From an uncultured Methanosarcinales archaeon (lineage in GTDB: Archaea; Nanobdellota; Nanobdellia; Woesearchaeales; JASKKU01): a stretch of 53,127 bases of DNA. The translations under genes and the position numbers were made by a program. Where the stretch lies: positions 39,520-92,646 of the forward strand of contig CAYQFL010000001.1 of assembly GCA_964416905.1 (NCBI GenBank), read 5' to 3'. Of the stretch, positions 1 to 9,610 are shown in pieces (the first letter of the stretch is position 1; the number at the start of each line of letters is the position of its first letter). The notes under the pieces are model-generated. The model saw only the letters and a program-made list of their open reading frames with translations. It ran no database searches and was not told where the DNA came from.

Positions 1-2
1 AG

Positions 3-2666
3 TTTAACGGTCAGGACTGTGATAGCTTAGAAGCTATAGACTGTGAAATCATTGAGTATAATAAAACGGCTAAAAAATTAACTATAGCGATAGATAATCC
101 TGGAGAATATCGTGTAAAAGAAGGGCTTAATGGAGCTATTTCTTTAAAGATATACACTTTTAGAGATAACACTGAATCCACAGACATATATTATCAAGAA
201 CCTGTTTTCTTCAGAGCCAAATACACTTTACCAGTCTACTTTGAAGATTTTGAGAACATAAATTGCTCAATCATTGTTAAAAATGAAAGTGGCATGGTAG
301 TACTCAATGAAGATATGACCCTTAATGCAAGCTACCCAGACTCTAACTTATCCTATGCTATATTCCTAACAAACATTACTGATTCATATTTACCAGTAGG
401 AACATACCATACACAAACGACTTGCCGTCCAAAAAACGGTAGTGGCTACTTTTGGGATCCAAAGACAATTTACAAAGACTTTGAAGTTAAAACAATAAAA
501 ATAAGCGAGAGATACTGGAGCGATACAAAACCTGTACTGCTTTATGATATAACCCAGAGTGAAAACACTACTATGCTAGAGGAAGATGCTAAAAAATATT
601 CCATAAATTTAAATGAAGACGATGATAACAAGAAAACCCTCTATAATAACAACATTTCTTCAGTTTACATTGCTGTGTACCAAGATATTTCTTCTAACGA
701 TACTGTTCTTACACAAAGCAACACAATCAAAGAATTCGTGTGCAACATCTCCTGGGGAGACAACACCTCTGAAATTAAAGCACTAAATGAATCTTTAGAG
801 GAAATCACAATATTACACGAAGAAAAAGGAACAATAACGAATGTTTCCAAAATCAATATCTCAATACTCACTCATAAATATGATTGGCCCGGCGATTATG
901 ATACACATATTCACTGTTATGATCCCGAAGGCATTTATTGGGACTTTTTTGATCAAAAGGAAATAACTATCACTAACAGAAAACCTGTCCTTGCATACGA
1001 AATACCAGATGTAACTTGGTATAAGGACAGCGTTTATTCTCCATATAAATTGGATGATTATTTCTATGACCCTGATGGCGAGAACTTATCATATACTGCC
1101 TTAGAAGTACCAGAAATAGCAATCTATATCTCTAATGATTCTTCTGTTGTTCTTATGCCTGAGAAAGGCTTTGTAGGCTCAAGAATAACATTTTTCACTG
1201 CAATAGATAACTTCGATGCCGCTACCAACTCAAACCTTGTAAATTTAACCGTAATTGGTGAGGAAAAGGAAGAGTACAAAGAGTATGAAGAAGAAAAATC
1301 TTTGCCAGGAGAACCTCCTTTATTACCATTATGTCAGGAGCAGTGGAACTGTACTGAGTGGGGTAAATGTATGCCGTCAGGCATTCAAGTAAGGAAGTGT
1401 TACGATATCAACAACTGTAACACTACTTTCAATAAACCAATTGAATGGAGAACTTGTGTATATACGCCGACTTGCGATGACGGTCTAAAAAACCAAAACG
1501 AAACTGGAGTAGACTGCGGAGGACCTTGTCCGCCATGCCCTTCGTGTAATAATGGTTATCAAGATTGGAATGAAGAAGGCATAGATTGTGGCGGGTATTG
1601 CCCACCATGTCCTACCTGTTATGATGGACTACAAAATCAAGGTGAAGAAGGAATAGATTGTGGAGGACCTTGTCCACCCTGTAGAGAAGAACAGACTCCA
1701 GGAATAGTTCAAACGATTATCATAAACCATCTAAATGAGATAATTATTATTTCAGCTTTGTTAATTGTAACACTTTCATTCGCATCACTCTTATTCAAAA
1801 AAGTTTCTTCATTCAACAGGTTCATCGTTAAAATAGTCAACAAAATAATCTCAGCTCTATCAATCCCTTCATTCACTGAGCAGAACATTTATTCAGAACT
1901 CATCTTTAAAGTTAACAGATTAGAAAGGTTTGCAACAAGAGGCAAACTAAGTGTTATACTTGAGAGAGCAAACGAAATTTTCAAAGAGGTAATTAAGAAC
2001 TTTTTATTGATTGAGGAAGATAAAAGTTACGATGAACTGATAGAAGTAATCTCACACCTTCATTTAAATGAAGTCGATAAATTATTATTACAATATTTAG
2101 CATTAGAATTTGAAAAAGTCAAATTTAGTGATCAAAAAAGTATTTCCAGAAAGAAGTTAATCTCACTAATCAGGAAGATTAAATTGTTAATAGAAAGAAA
2201 CAAACACATTTTACTAGAAGTGCAGCTCAATAAAGAAATTGAGTCTCTTCAAAAAGACATCGAAGAATCATCCAAATCTGAACTTATTGAAAAACGTGTA
2301 CTGCTTAGCTTATTGAGAGAACTATTATTGATTAACGAAAAAATCAAGCAAAGGAAACTGAGAGATGCTATTAGAATCTATAAGAACATAAAGAGGTTGT
2401 ACTCACAACTAAACTTTTGGAACAGGGTCAAAGTATACAATAGAGTTTATGAAACTGTGTTGCGGTTGCAAAAGCTAATCAAAGAGTATAAAGAACTTAA
2501 CCGACAAATCAATACAATGTCCAAACCTCAGAAAGAAGTAACTGCACCAGCAATAACCAAAAGTCCTGAATTAATACAAAATGCATTTAAGGAAAAGTTT
2601 AAATTAAAAAGAATTGGTGAAAAAATAAAGCAGATTTTCAGAAAAAGAGAAAAATCAAAAAAATGA
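3..2666 (+). CDS. Large membrane-anchored surface protein, 5'-truncated by the window edge (Ig/cadherin-like modules, TSP1-like Cys motif, 3 Cys-rich repeats, one TM helix, cytoplasmic helical tail)
   Basis: Frame is open from base 3 (FNGQDCDSLEAIDC...) into the tracked ORF 294..2666, so the real start is outside the window. Contains NRKPVL...DYFYDPDGENLSYT cadherin-like module, CxxxWxCTEWGKC...RKC motif, TM IIIISALLIVTLSFASLLF. Confidence 0.85.
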   Translation, partial: FNGQDCDSLEAIDCEIIEYNKTAKKLTIAIDNPGEYRVKEGLNGAISLKIYTFRDNTESTDIYYQEPVFFRAKYTLPVYFEDFENINCSIIVKNESGMVVLNEDMTLNASYPDSNLSYAIFLTNITDSYLPVGTYHTQTTCRPKNGSGYFWDPKTIYKDFEVKTIKISERYWSDTKPVLLYDITQSENTTMLEEDAKKYSINLNEDDDNKKTLYNNNISSVYIAVYQDISSNDTVLTQSNTIKEFVCNISWGDNTSEIKALNESLEEITILHEEKGTITNVSKINISILTHKYDWPGDYDTHIHCYDPEGIYWDFFDQKEITITNRKPVLAYEIPDVTWYKDSVYSPYKLDDYFYDPDGENLSYTALEVPEIAIYISNDSSVVLMPEKGFVGSRITFFTAIDNFDAATNSNLVNLTVIGEEKEEYKEYEEEKSLPGEPPLLPLCQEQWNCTEWGKCMPSGIQVRKCYDINNCNTTFNKPIEWRTCVYTPTCDDGLKNQNETGVDCGGPCPPCPSCNNGYQDWNEEGIDCGGYCPPCPTCYDGLQNQGEEGIDCGGPCPPCREEQTPGIVQTIIINHLNEIIIISALLIVTLSFASLLFKKVSSFNRFIVKIVNKIISALSIPSFTEQNIYSELIFKVNRLERFATRGKLSVILERANEIFKEVIKNFLLIEEDKSYDELIEVISHLHLNEVDKLLLQYLALEFEKVKFSDQKSISRKKLISLIRKIKLLIERNKHILLEVQLNKEIESLQKDIEESSKSELIEKRVLLSLLRELLLINEKIKQRKLRDAIRIYKNIKRLYSQLNFWNRVKVYNRVYETVLRLQKLIKEYKELNRQINTMSKPQKEVTAPAITKSPELIQNAFKEKFKLKRIGEKIKQIFRKREKSKK
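1470..1685 (+). repeat. Three tandem 72-nt (24 aa) Cys-rich repeats, consensus (T/S)CxxGxxxxxExGxDCGGxCPPC
   Basis: TCDDGLKNQNETGVDCGGPCPPCP / SCNNGYQDWNEEGIDCGGYCPPCP / TCYDGLQNQGEEGIDCGGPCPPCR start at 1470, 1542 and 1614. Confidence 0.95.
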
Positions 2667-5600
2667 ATAATCTTAAGCTTTTTTCGGCGCTTGTAGCAGT
2701 TTTAGCATTAGTTTATGTTTTCACATATAGCTTACCCCCTAATGTCAAAGCAGACATATGGGATAGTTTCTTTAATGGATTCAATAGCATAACTGGATTT
2801 TTAACTGAAGAGGATTATCTTGGAACCTGTTCTGATCCTGTAGGGAATCAAACACCTTATTTTCCCTGCGTTTTACCATCGCAGATAAACCTAACACAGG
2901 GCGATAACTTTCTTTATCAGATATGTTATGCCGACCCGGAAAATGATCCTGTATTGATAAAAGCGGCGCCTGCGCCTGGCGAAGATTCCTGGAACAAGAT
3001 TATCAACAGCATGAACTATAGTGGTTTCATTAACATAACCTTAGACAACAGCGATGTAGGAATTCATAAAGTAATTTATCTTCTACAAGATGCGTGCCAT
3101 TCAGACGATCTAAATAATAAACAAATCATCTATTATGTAAACAACACAAATGATGTTCCAGTCATTGTTGATAAAGCGCCGAACCAAACAGGAGTTACAC
3201 TATTTGAAAATGAGACAGCCTTATTTTCAATAAATGCTACAGACCCCGACCTTTTTGTAGATCAAAGAGTCTTCAATGAAACTTTAAATTACACTTGGAC
3301 TTTAAACAGCTTGATCGTCAAAACAGAAAATGAAACTAAGAATACAAGCTCTAATTATAGCGCGTTCTTTGATTTCTGCAGTGCCGGAACTTGGCAACTA
3401 AGTATTGAAGTCAAAGATAAATCCGGAGAAAAAGATGAGTTCTTATGGACTATCCAAATTAATGATGTAAATAGAGTCCCATATCAAAATGAATCATTCC
3501 CCGAAAATATAACGTTAGATGAAGACAACCCAGCCCTGAATGCCCTAAACATGTACGACTATTTTACAGACCCTGATTTAGAAGAATGCGGAGCTTCAGA
3601 CACAGATTTAAACTTCACATCAGATGTACCTTGGGTTTTTGTAGATAATATCTCAAAGAACTTATCAATAATACCTCCTCAAGACTGGTTTGGAGTCATA
3701 AACGTAAGCTTTAATGTAACTGATGGAATTGCAGAAAACCAGAGTGAAAACCTAACAATAATTGTTAACCCAGTGCCCGATGCGCCAAGAATCGAAAACT
3801 TAACTAATGAAACAGCTGTTGCTAATTTTCCTTTCCATTACAAAATTGACGCCTACGACCCAGATGGAGACAACATCACTTTTTATGATAATACAAGTTT
3901 GTTTGAAATAGATTCAAACAGTGGAGAAATCAGTTTTACTCCGGACATTGCCGATGCAGGATTGCATCACATAAATATAACTGTTGTAGATAACACTAGC
4001 AGACAGACAAGTGCAATATTCAACCTAACAATCATAATAAATCAACCACCAGTTTTCACAAAATGTGAAAATATAACAACTTATGAGAATAACAATACCT
4101 TTGTAGAAGTAGAATACTTTGATCCTGAAGGTGATAATATTAGCGTTTCTGATAATTCAACCCTGTTCACAATAGCCAAAGTTAACAACACATATGCATC
4201 AGCTACGTTCACGCCAACAAATGATGATGTAGGCAACCATACTGTAAACATAACATTAACAGATAGTTGGAATTCTTCCTCGAGCTGTTTAATGGCTATA
4301 GAGATTATTGATGTGAACAATCCACCAGTACTTCAAGAAATAGAAAGCCCTCAGGAATTAAGAATCAATAAAAGTTATTATCTAAAGGTTAATGCTACGG
4401 ATGCTGATGATGATCCTCTAAACTTCTCAGATAATTCCACTGTAATAAACATAAGTGAAACAGGCATAATCAACATAACAAATGTTTCAATACCAGTTGG
4501 GGATTATTTAGTAAACATTAGCGTTTGCGATCCTTACGGATTATGTGATTGGCAGAACGTAATCTTCTCAGTTAAAATAAACCATCCACCACAGTTCATA
4601 GATTTAGATAAAGATTTCAGTTGTGAAGAAGACACACCTTGCTACATTGACTTCAATGCTACTGACCCCGAGAATGACGCAGTATATTTTAGCATTAATG
4701 ATTCTAGTATACTTATCAACAAAACAAGCGGCGAGGTTAACTTCACTAAAAGTGAACCTCAGTTATTGAATATAACGCTGACAGCTACTGATAACTGGAA
4801 TGACTCAAATTCCACTTCAGTTTTAATAAACATCACAGAGAAAAATGATCCCCCTTTAATCCTAGAAGAAAGCACATTAGATATAACTGCTGAAGTTAAT
4901 AGTTTAGTAATCGTTGAAATCTACCTTTATGACGAGGAAAACGACACAATAAACTTAACCCAAAACGATACAAGCCTCTTTAATTTAACCCAAATAAACA
5001 ACACGTATTATAATGCATCATTTGTCCCAACACTCAGTCAAATAGGAGTCCACAAGATTTTATTAAATGCTTCAGATTTAAAATCTAGTACTAGTAAAGT
5101 TTTAACAATAAACATAACACCTGAGAATCTACCTCCAACAATCAATAATAGAACACCGTCTCAATCCTCTCTTGGATTGTATGAAATGGACAGCATATTC
5201 TTTTCAGTGAATGCAAGTGATCCTGAAGGCGAAAATCTACAATATGCATATATCTTAGATAACAAAGTCGTTTCCACACAAAAGAATTATACATATAGAC
5301 CAGATTGGTATTCTGAAGGCACTCATAACTTACAGGTTAATGTTACCGATGAGCATAATAAAACAAATTCAACATCCTGGAGCATATATGTAACCAACCG
5401 TAATAGGAAGCCTATAATGCTAAAAAGGGTATTTAATTCTTCAATAGACCTCGATTGGATTAATGAAAGTATTTTAAATGATGTTGTCTTCAACAATGAA
5501 AATCTTCAGTTTGAATTAGAAAAAGTCAACGGCAATTATACAAGCAACGGCTCAATAATCTTCCCAATAATCTCCTTTAAAACTGATGCTTTCACTGAAC

Positions 5601-6922
5601 CAAGTATTGGAATACAAGCTGAAAACATTATGGTTTCTCCGAATTGCACAACCAATGTTACATACCAGTACAGATTTTCTACCAACAATCCGCCATTAGA
5701 GTTTATTGAAGACCTTGCATGGTCAGAGTGGAGTAGTGAAGATTCAGAGCTTAATGAGAAGACTTTAAATGTATCCACTAGTTCAAAATACTGGCAGATT
5801 AAAGTAAACCTAAGAACTAATTGCACCAACGAGAGCCCTAGAGTAAAAGGTGCTGTTTTTTCTTTCAAACCTGCAACAGTAGATGTATTTCAAGGCGTAG
5901 CTGAAGCTCAATGGATTTATCTACCTGATTTTGTATATGACCCAGATAAGGATGATAAGTTAAGTTATAACGCTTCTTCGGTCATTCCAGGCATAGAAGT
6001 TTTCCCAGACCCTGAAGAAGAGCCTTGGCCTAATACTGGCTGGCTCTACCTATCTACACCAGATTACTTTGCCGGGAAGACCAGCATAAATCTAAGTGTA
6101 AAAGATGACCATAATGATGAAGTAAACGATTTGTTCCCAATAAATGTATTAGAAAGACCTTCAGAGGTTGGTACAAGGATTGAATACAAAATAAAAACTA
6201 AGACCGAGATTCAATACGAAGAAAAGATTGTTGAAAAAGAAGTTCCAAGATATGAATCTTTTAATCTGATTGTTCCGGAAAAAATAACTTTGTATCCAAA
6301 CGATTCTATTGTTGTTCCAATTACTTTAGACAACTATGGCAACAAAACCTTGAACGAAGTCAGGCTTTATGCAAACAGTTCCAGAGATGACGTTGACATT
6401 TTCCTTACGCAAGATTACTTTAAAGTGATCAAATCAGAAAGCCAAGAGAAAACTGAATTAATAGTAACAACTAAAAATATATATGGAGGTTTTGATATTG
6501 TTGTAACTGCAGAAATACAAGACCCGCCATTCAACGATACTGCCAAAATAATAATGGCAACTTTAGAGAAAGGCGAACATAATTCTTCTCAACTTTACAC
6601 AAAAGTATCTTTTACCAGGGATTTACTTAAATCCAACGAACAATGTTTAGAACTAAATGAAATGGTTAAAGAAGCTGAAAACTTGATTTCCCAAGGCAAA
6701 TATTCTTCTGCAGAACAGCTATTACAATCAACTATTGAAGCCTGCAAATATTTAGTAAGTACTAAACAGAGTAAAGAGGAACTTAAAGTTGAGCAAAGAC
6801 CTATTAAGTTTGAGATCTCTTTGAAAAACAATACGTTCATCTTGATAACCATAATTAGTATTTCGTTCATATTGCTGGTAATTATACTATATTGGTTAAC
6901 AGTAGTTCCAAGAAAGAGATAA
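2663..6922 (+). CDS. Giant surface glycoprotein/adhesin (1419 aa) with tandem cadherin/Ig-like repeats and C-terminal TM anchor
   Basis: N-terminal signal peptide, about 10 modules bounded by N(x)PP / DP(D/E)xD motifs, more than 50 N-x-S/T sequons, C-terminal TM FILITIISISFILLVIILYWL followed by PRKR. ATGA overlap with the upstream stop. Confidence 0.85.
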   Translation: MNNLKLFSALVAVLALVYVFTYSLPPNVKADIWDSFFNGFNSITGFLTEEDYLGTCSDPVGNQTPYFPCVLPSQINLTQGDNFLYQICYADPENDPVLIKAAPAPGEDSWNKIINSMNYSGFINITLDNSDVGIHKVIYLLQDACHSDDLNNKQIIYYVNNTNDVPVIVDKAPNQTGVTLFENETALFSINATDPDLFVDQRVFNETLNYTWTLNSLIVKTENETKNTSSNYSAFFDFCSAGTWQLSIEVKDKSGEKDEFLWTIQINDVNRVPYQNESFPENITLDEDNPALNALNMYDYFTDPDLEECGASDTDLNFTSDVPWVFVDNISKNLSIIPPQDWFGVINVSFNVTDGIAENQSENLTIIVNPVPDAPRIENLTNETAVANFPFHYKIDAYDPDGDNITFYDNTSLFEIDSNSGEISFTPDIADAGLHHINITVVDNTSRQTSAIFNLTIIINQPPVFTKCENITTYENNNTFVEVEYFDPEGDNISVSDNSTLFTIAKVNNTYASATFTPTNDDVGNHTVNITLTDSWNSSSSCLMAIEIIDVNNPPVLQEIESPQELRINKSYYLKVNATDADDDPLNFSDNSTVINISETGIINITNVSIPVGDYLVNISVCDPYGLCDWQNVIFSVKINHPPQFIDLDKDFSCEEDTPCYIDFNATDPENDAVYFSINDSSILINKTSGEVNFTKSEPQLLNITLTATDNWNDSNSTSVLINITEKNDPPLILEESTLDITAEVNSLVIVEIYLYDEENDTINLTQNDTSLFNLTQINNTYYNASFVPTLSQIGVHKILLNASDLKSSTSKVLTINITPENLPPTINNRTPSQSSLGLYEMDSIFFSVNASDPEGENLQYAYILDNKVVSTQKNYTYRPDWYSEGTHNLQVNVTDEHNKTNSTSWSIYVTNRNRKPIMLKRVFNSSIDLDWINESILNDVVFNNENLQFELEKVNGNYTSNGSIIFPIISFKTDAFTEPSIGIQAENIMVSPNCTTNVTYQYRFSTNNPPLEFIEDLAWSEWSSEDSELNEKTLNVSTSSKYWQIKVNLRTNCTNESPRVKGAVFSFKPATVDVFQGVAEAQWIYLPDFVYDPDKDDKLSYNASSVIPGIEVFPDPEEEPWPNTGWLYLSTPDYFAGKTSINLSVKDDHNDEVNDLFPINVLERPSEVGTRIEYKIKTKTEIQYEEKIVEKEVPRYESFNLIVPEKITLYPNDSIVVPITLDNYGNKTLNEVRLYANSSRDDVDIFLTQDYFKVIKSESQEKTELIVTTKNIYGGFDIVVTAEIQDPPFNDTAKIIMATLEKGEHNSSQLYTKVSFTRDLLKSNEQCLELNEMVKEAENLISQGKYSSAEQLLQSTIEACKYLVSTKQSKEELKVEQRPIKFEISLKNNTFILITIISISFILLVIILYWLTVVPRKR

Positions 6923-6949
6923 ACTCTAATAAATTAAAACATCAAAACT

Positions 6950-7600
6950 TTATTTGTTTTGCTTGGCGCGTTTAATATCTAAGAACAAGTTTAAGATATC
7001 TCCTTTTACTTCCTTTTGATCATTCTCATCAAGTAATTCATAAGCTCGCTTTATTTTATTATAAAGTTTTTCTGCGTCCTGAACTCTGTTTAAATCCAGA
7101 TAAGAGTAAGCTTTTATGATCATTTTTTGTATATCTAACTTCGTGACTCTTTTACGTATTGCTTTCAAAAGAAGCAAAATTAAACTTTTTTTCTTTTTAG
7201 GTAAAGGATTACTACTCTTTTTGTTCGCTTCCCTATGTAAATGAAGCTGGTTCAAAATAACAAGTATTTCATCAATGATTGATAAAAGCGTGTTCTTATC
7301 CACCACTTCAGGAGCATATTCTATAGAGGTGATTCTTTCATTAAAGGAAATCATCTTTTGTTTTATTGCATAAGGAATGGTTTTTTTATTCTTTATTTCA
7401 TGATTGATTTCCTCAAAAGTTGTTGAGTACTTAACATGCAACAGTTTTGAATAAAATCTCCTAATAATATGAAACAAGTTTATTTTAAGTTGTTCAGAAT
7501 CTAGGTCTCTTGACCTTTTTTTTAAATCCGCTAACTCTAATGAGAATTTATTGAAAGGATCCTCTTTAGATTTAGAACGCGCAATTTTACGTTTAAACAT
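6950..7600 (-). CDS. Soluble all-helical protein, DUF4381/DUF4129-like, resembling the cytoplasmic tail of CDS 3..2666
   Basis: 216 aa ORF with ATG start, divergent from moxR. Motifs IIRRFY..STTFEEI...SIEYA and AEKLYNKIKRAYELL are mirrored in the ORF1 tail. Confidence 0.7.
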   Translation of the reverse strand: MFKRKIARSKSKEDPFNKFSLELADLKKRSRDLDSEQLKINLFHIIRRFYSKLLHVKYSTTFEEINHEIKNKKTIPYAIKQKMISFNERITSIEYAPEVVDKNTLLSIIDEILVILNQLHLHREANKKSSNPLPKKKKSLILLLLKAIRKRVTKLDIQKMIIKAYSYLDLNRVQDAEKLYNKIKRAYELLDENDQKEVKGDILNLFLDIKRAKQNK

Positions 7601-7695
7601 ACGTATTCTTCAGGGAAACTCATTTTTAAAAATTTGTTGTTTCTCGCTCGTTAAAAAACAGATTTAAAAGGGTTAAGAGTTTTAATATCACTCAT

Positions 7696-8685
7696 ATGGT
7701 TTTATCAATAACAAAAGAAGAAGCAAATAAAATCAAAAATGAGGTAGACTTAATAAAAAAAGAAATCAGTAAAGTTTTTATTGGTCAGCGCGAGATTATT
7801 GATGGTTTCATTACATGTTTATTATCAAATGGTTCTGTTCTGATTGAAGGTGTTCCGGGTTTAGGAAAAACTCTTTTGGCAAGAACAATTGCTAAAGTCT
7901 TGGGAGTACAATTCTCGAGGATTCAATTTACACCAGACCTTCTACCTACAGATATCATTGGTATTACAACTTATGAAGAGGGCAGAGGTTTCTATGTCTT
8001 AAAAGGACCAATCTTCGCAAACATTGTTCTGGCAGACGAAATCAACAGAGCTCCACCTAAAGTTCAATCTGCGTTGCTAGAAGCCATGCAGGAAAAACAG
8101 GCAACAATCTCTAAGGAAACGTTTGAATTACCAAAACCATTCTTTGTTCTGGCTACAGAGAACCCATTAGAAAGTTTGGGTACTTATCCACTACCTGATG
8201 CTCAGTTAGATAGATTCCTGTTTAAAATTTTCATAGGTTATCCTTCTCTTGAAGAAGAAAGGCGGATTCTAGATACAAACATCACTTCTAAAAAGTTTGA
8301 AGATTACGATCTTAAAGCGGTTTCCTCTGCTGACAGAATCCTTGAATTGCAGGAAAAGCTAAAGAATGTCTTTGTCGATGAAAAAATCAAAGAATATATT
8401 GTTAAAATTGTTGATGCTACCAGAAATCCTGATAAGTATAAGCTCAAATTAGGCAAATACATACAATACGGCGCATCCCCTAGGGCATCAATTGCTTTTT
8501 ATCTAAGCAGTAAAGTGGATGCTGTTACAGTTTTCGGAAAGAATTATGTAACCCCTTATAATGTAAAGAGGGTTGCAAAACACATTTTAAATCACAGAGT
8601 AGCTGTTAACTTCGAGGGCGAAACAAACAACATAAGCTCTTTTGACATAATTGAAGAGATTATCACCAAAATTCCAGTGCCATAA
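7696..8685 (+). CDS. moxR: MoxR family AAA+ ATPase
   Basis: GVPGLGKT, RIQFTPDLLPTDIIG, LADEINRAPPKVQSALLEAMQE, ATENPLE, GASPRAS. Confidence 0.95.
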   Translation: MVLSITKEEANKIKNEVDLIKKEISKVFIGQREIIDGFITCLLSNGSVLIEGVPGLGKTLLARTIAKVLGVQFSRIQFTPDLLPTDIIGITTYEEGRGFYVLKGPIFANIVLADEINRAPPKVQSALLEAMQEKQATISKETFELPKPFFVLATENPLESLGTYPLPDAQLDRFLFKIFIGYPSLEEERRILDTNITSKKFEDYDLKAVSSADRILELQEKLKNVFVDEKIKEYIVKIVDATRNPDKYKLKLGKYIQYGASPRASIAFYLSSKVDAVTVFGKNYVTPYNVKRVAKHILNHRVAVNFEGETNNISSFDIIEEIITKIPVP

Positions 8686-8727
8686 TAACCAAGCATCATT
8701 TTACTTAAAATAAACTAAGTGATTCTC

Positions 8728-9603
8728 ATGCTAAAAGAGATAAAGGCAAATCTGAAGCCTTTAATCAAAAAATTAGAAATCCAGAGCCAAAAAAGTGTTT
8801 TCGGGGAGTTTACTGGCGAATACAGAACACATTTTAAAGGTCGAGGTCTGGATTTTGATGGGTTTAGAGATTACCTGCCTTCTGATGATGCATCAATGAT
8901 AGATTGGAGGGCAAGCTTAAGAGCTCAACACCTGCTAGTAAGAGTGTATAAAGAAGAAAGGAACCTTGATGTTTATATTGTGTTTGACACCAGCACTAGC
9001 ATGTGTTTCTCTTCAACAGATAAATTAAAAGCTGAGTTTGCAGCAGAAGTTGTTGCGAACCTTGCGTTTGGAGCAATTCAAGTGGGGGACAACGTTAGCT
9101 TAATTATGTTCAATGATGAAGTTAAGGCTTTCCTTGCACCAAAGCAAGGCAAATCGCAGTTTAGCAAGATAATCTCCTTGCTATCAGACCCAAAAAATTA
9201 CTTTGGGAACCTTAACTTTGAAGCAGCTATTTCAAGTTTAAAAAGTGCAATGAGAAAACCAGGAGTAATAATTATTGTTTCAGATTTTATAGGTTTCCCT
9301 GAAAACTGGGACTCATTAATTGCAGGGTTTGCAAAGTATTCAAGGATTTTAGGGATCATGATACGAGATCCTAGAGATGATGAAATCCCAAAAGAGTTAG
9401 GCGAATTAGTGCTAAGCGGTCCATACAGCAAAGAAGTTGTCAAATTTAACTCATGGATTCTGGCTGAAAGATTCCGGGAAGAAGTAATCAAACAAAAAGA
9501 AGATATTTTTAAAAAAATAAAAGCGCTTGAAGGTTCAATCCTAGAAATTAAAACAACCGAACCATTCGATAAAAAGATAAGGTCCTTTTTCGCTAGAGGC
9601 TAA
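8728..9603 (+). CDS. DUF58 family (vWA-like) MoxR partner
   Basis: FKGRGLDFDGFRDYLPSDDASMIDWRASLR, EERNLDVYIVFDTSTSM, IIVSDF. ORF track starts at GTG 8719; ATG at 8728. Confidence 0.9.
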   Translation: MLKEIKANLKPLIKKLEIQSQKSVFGEFTGEYRTHFKGRGLDFDGFRDYLPSDDASMIDWRASLRAQHLLVRVYKEERNLDVYIVFDTSTSMCFSSTDKLKAEFAAEVVANLAFGAIQVGDNVSLIMFNDEVKAFLAPKQGKSQFSKIISLLSDPKNYFGNLNFEAAISSLKSAMRKPGVIIIVSDFIGFPENWDSLIAGFAKYSRILGIMIRDPRDDEIPKELGELVLSGPYSKEVVKFNSWILAERFREEVIKQKEDIFKKIKALEGSILEIKTTEPFDKKIRSFFARG

Positions 9604-9610
9604 TATAAAA

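Noticed and set aside
294-296. ATG at 294 as start of the first CDS
   Set aside because: The frame is open from base 3 with protein-like sequence and there is no signal peptide after 294; the gene is truncated by the window.
1470-1685. Regularly spaced repeats as a CRISPR array
   Set aside because: They are in-frame, synonymously diverged protein repeats; no cas genes in the window.
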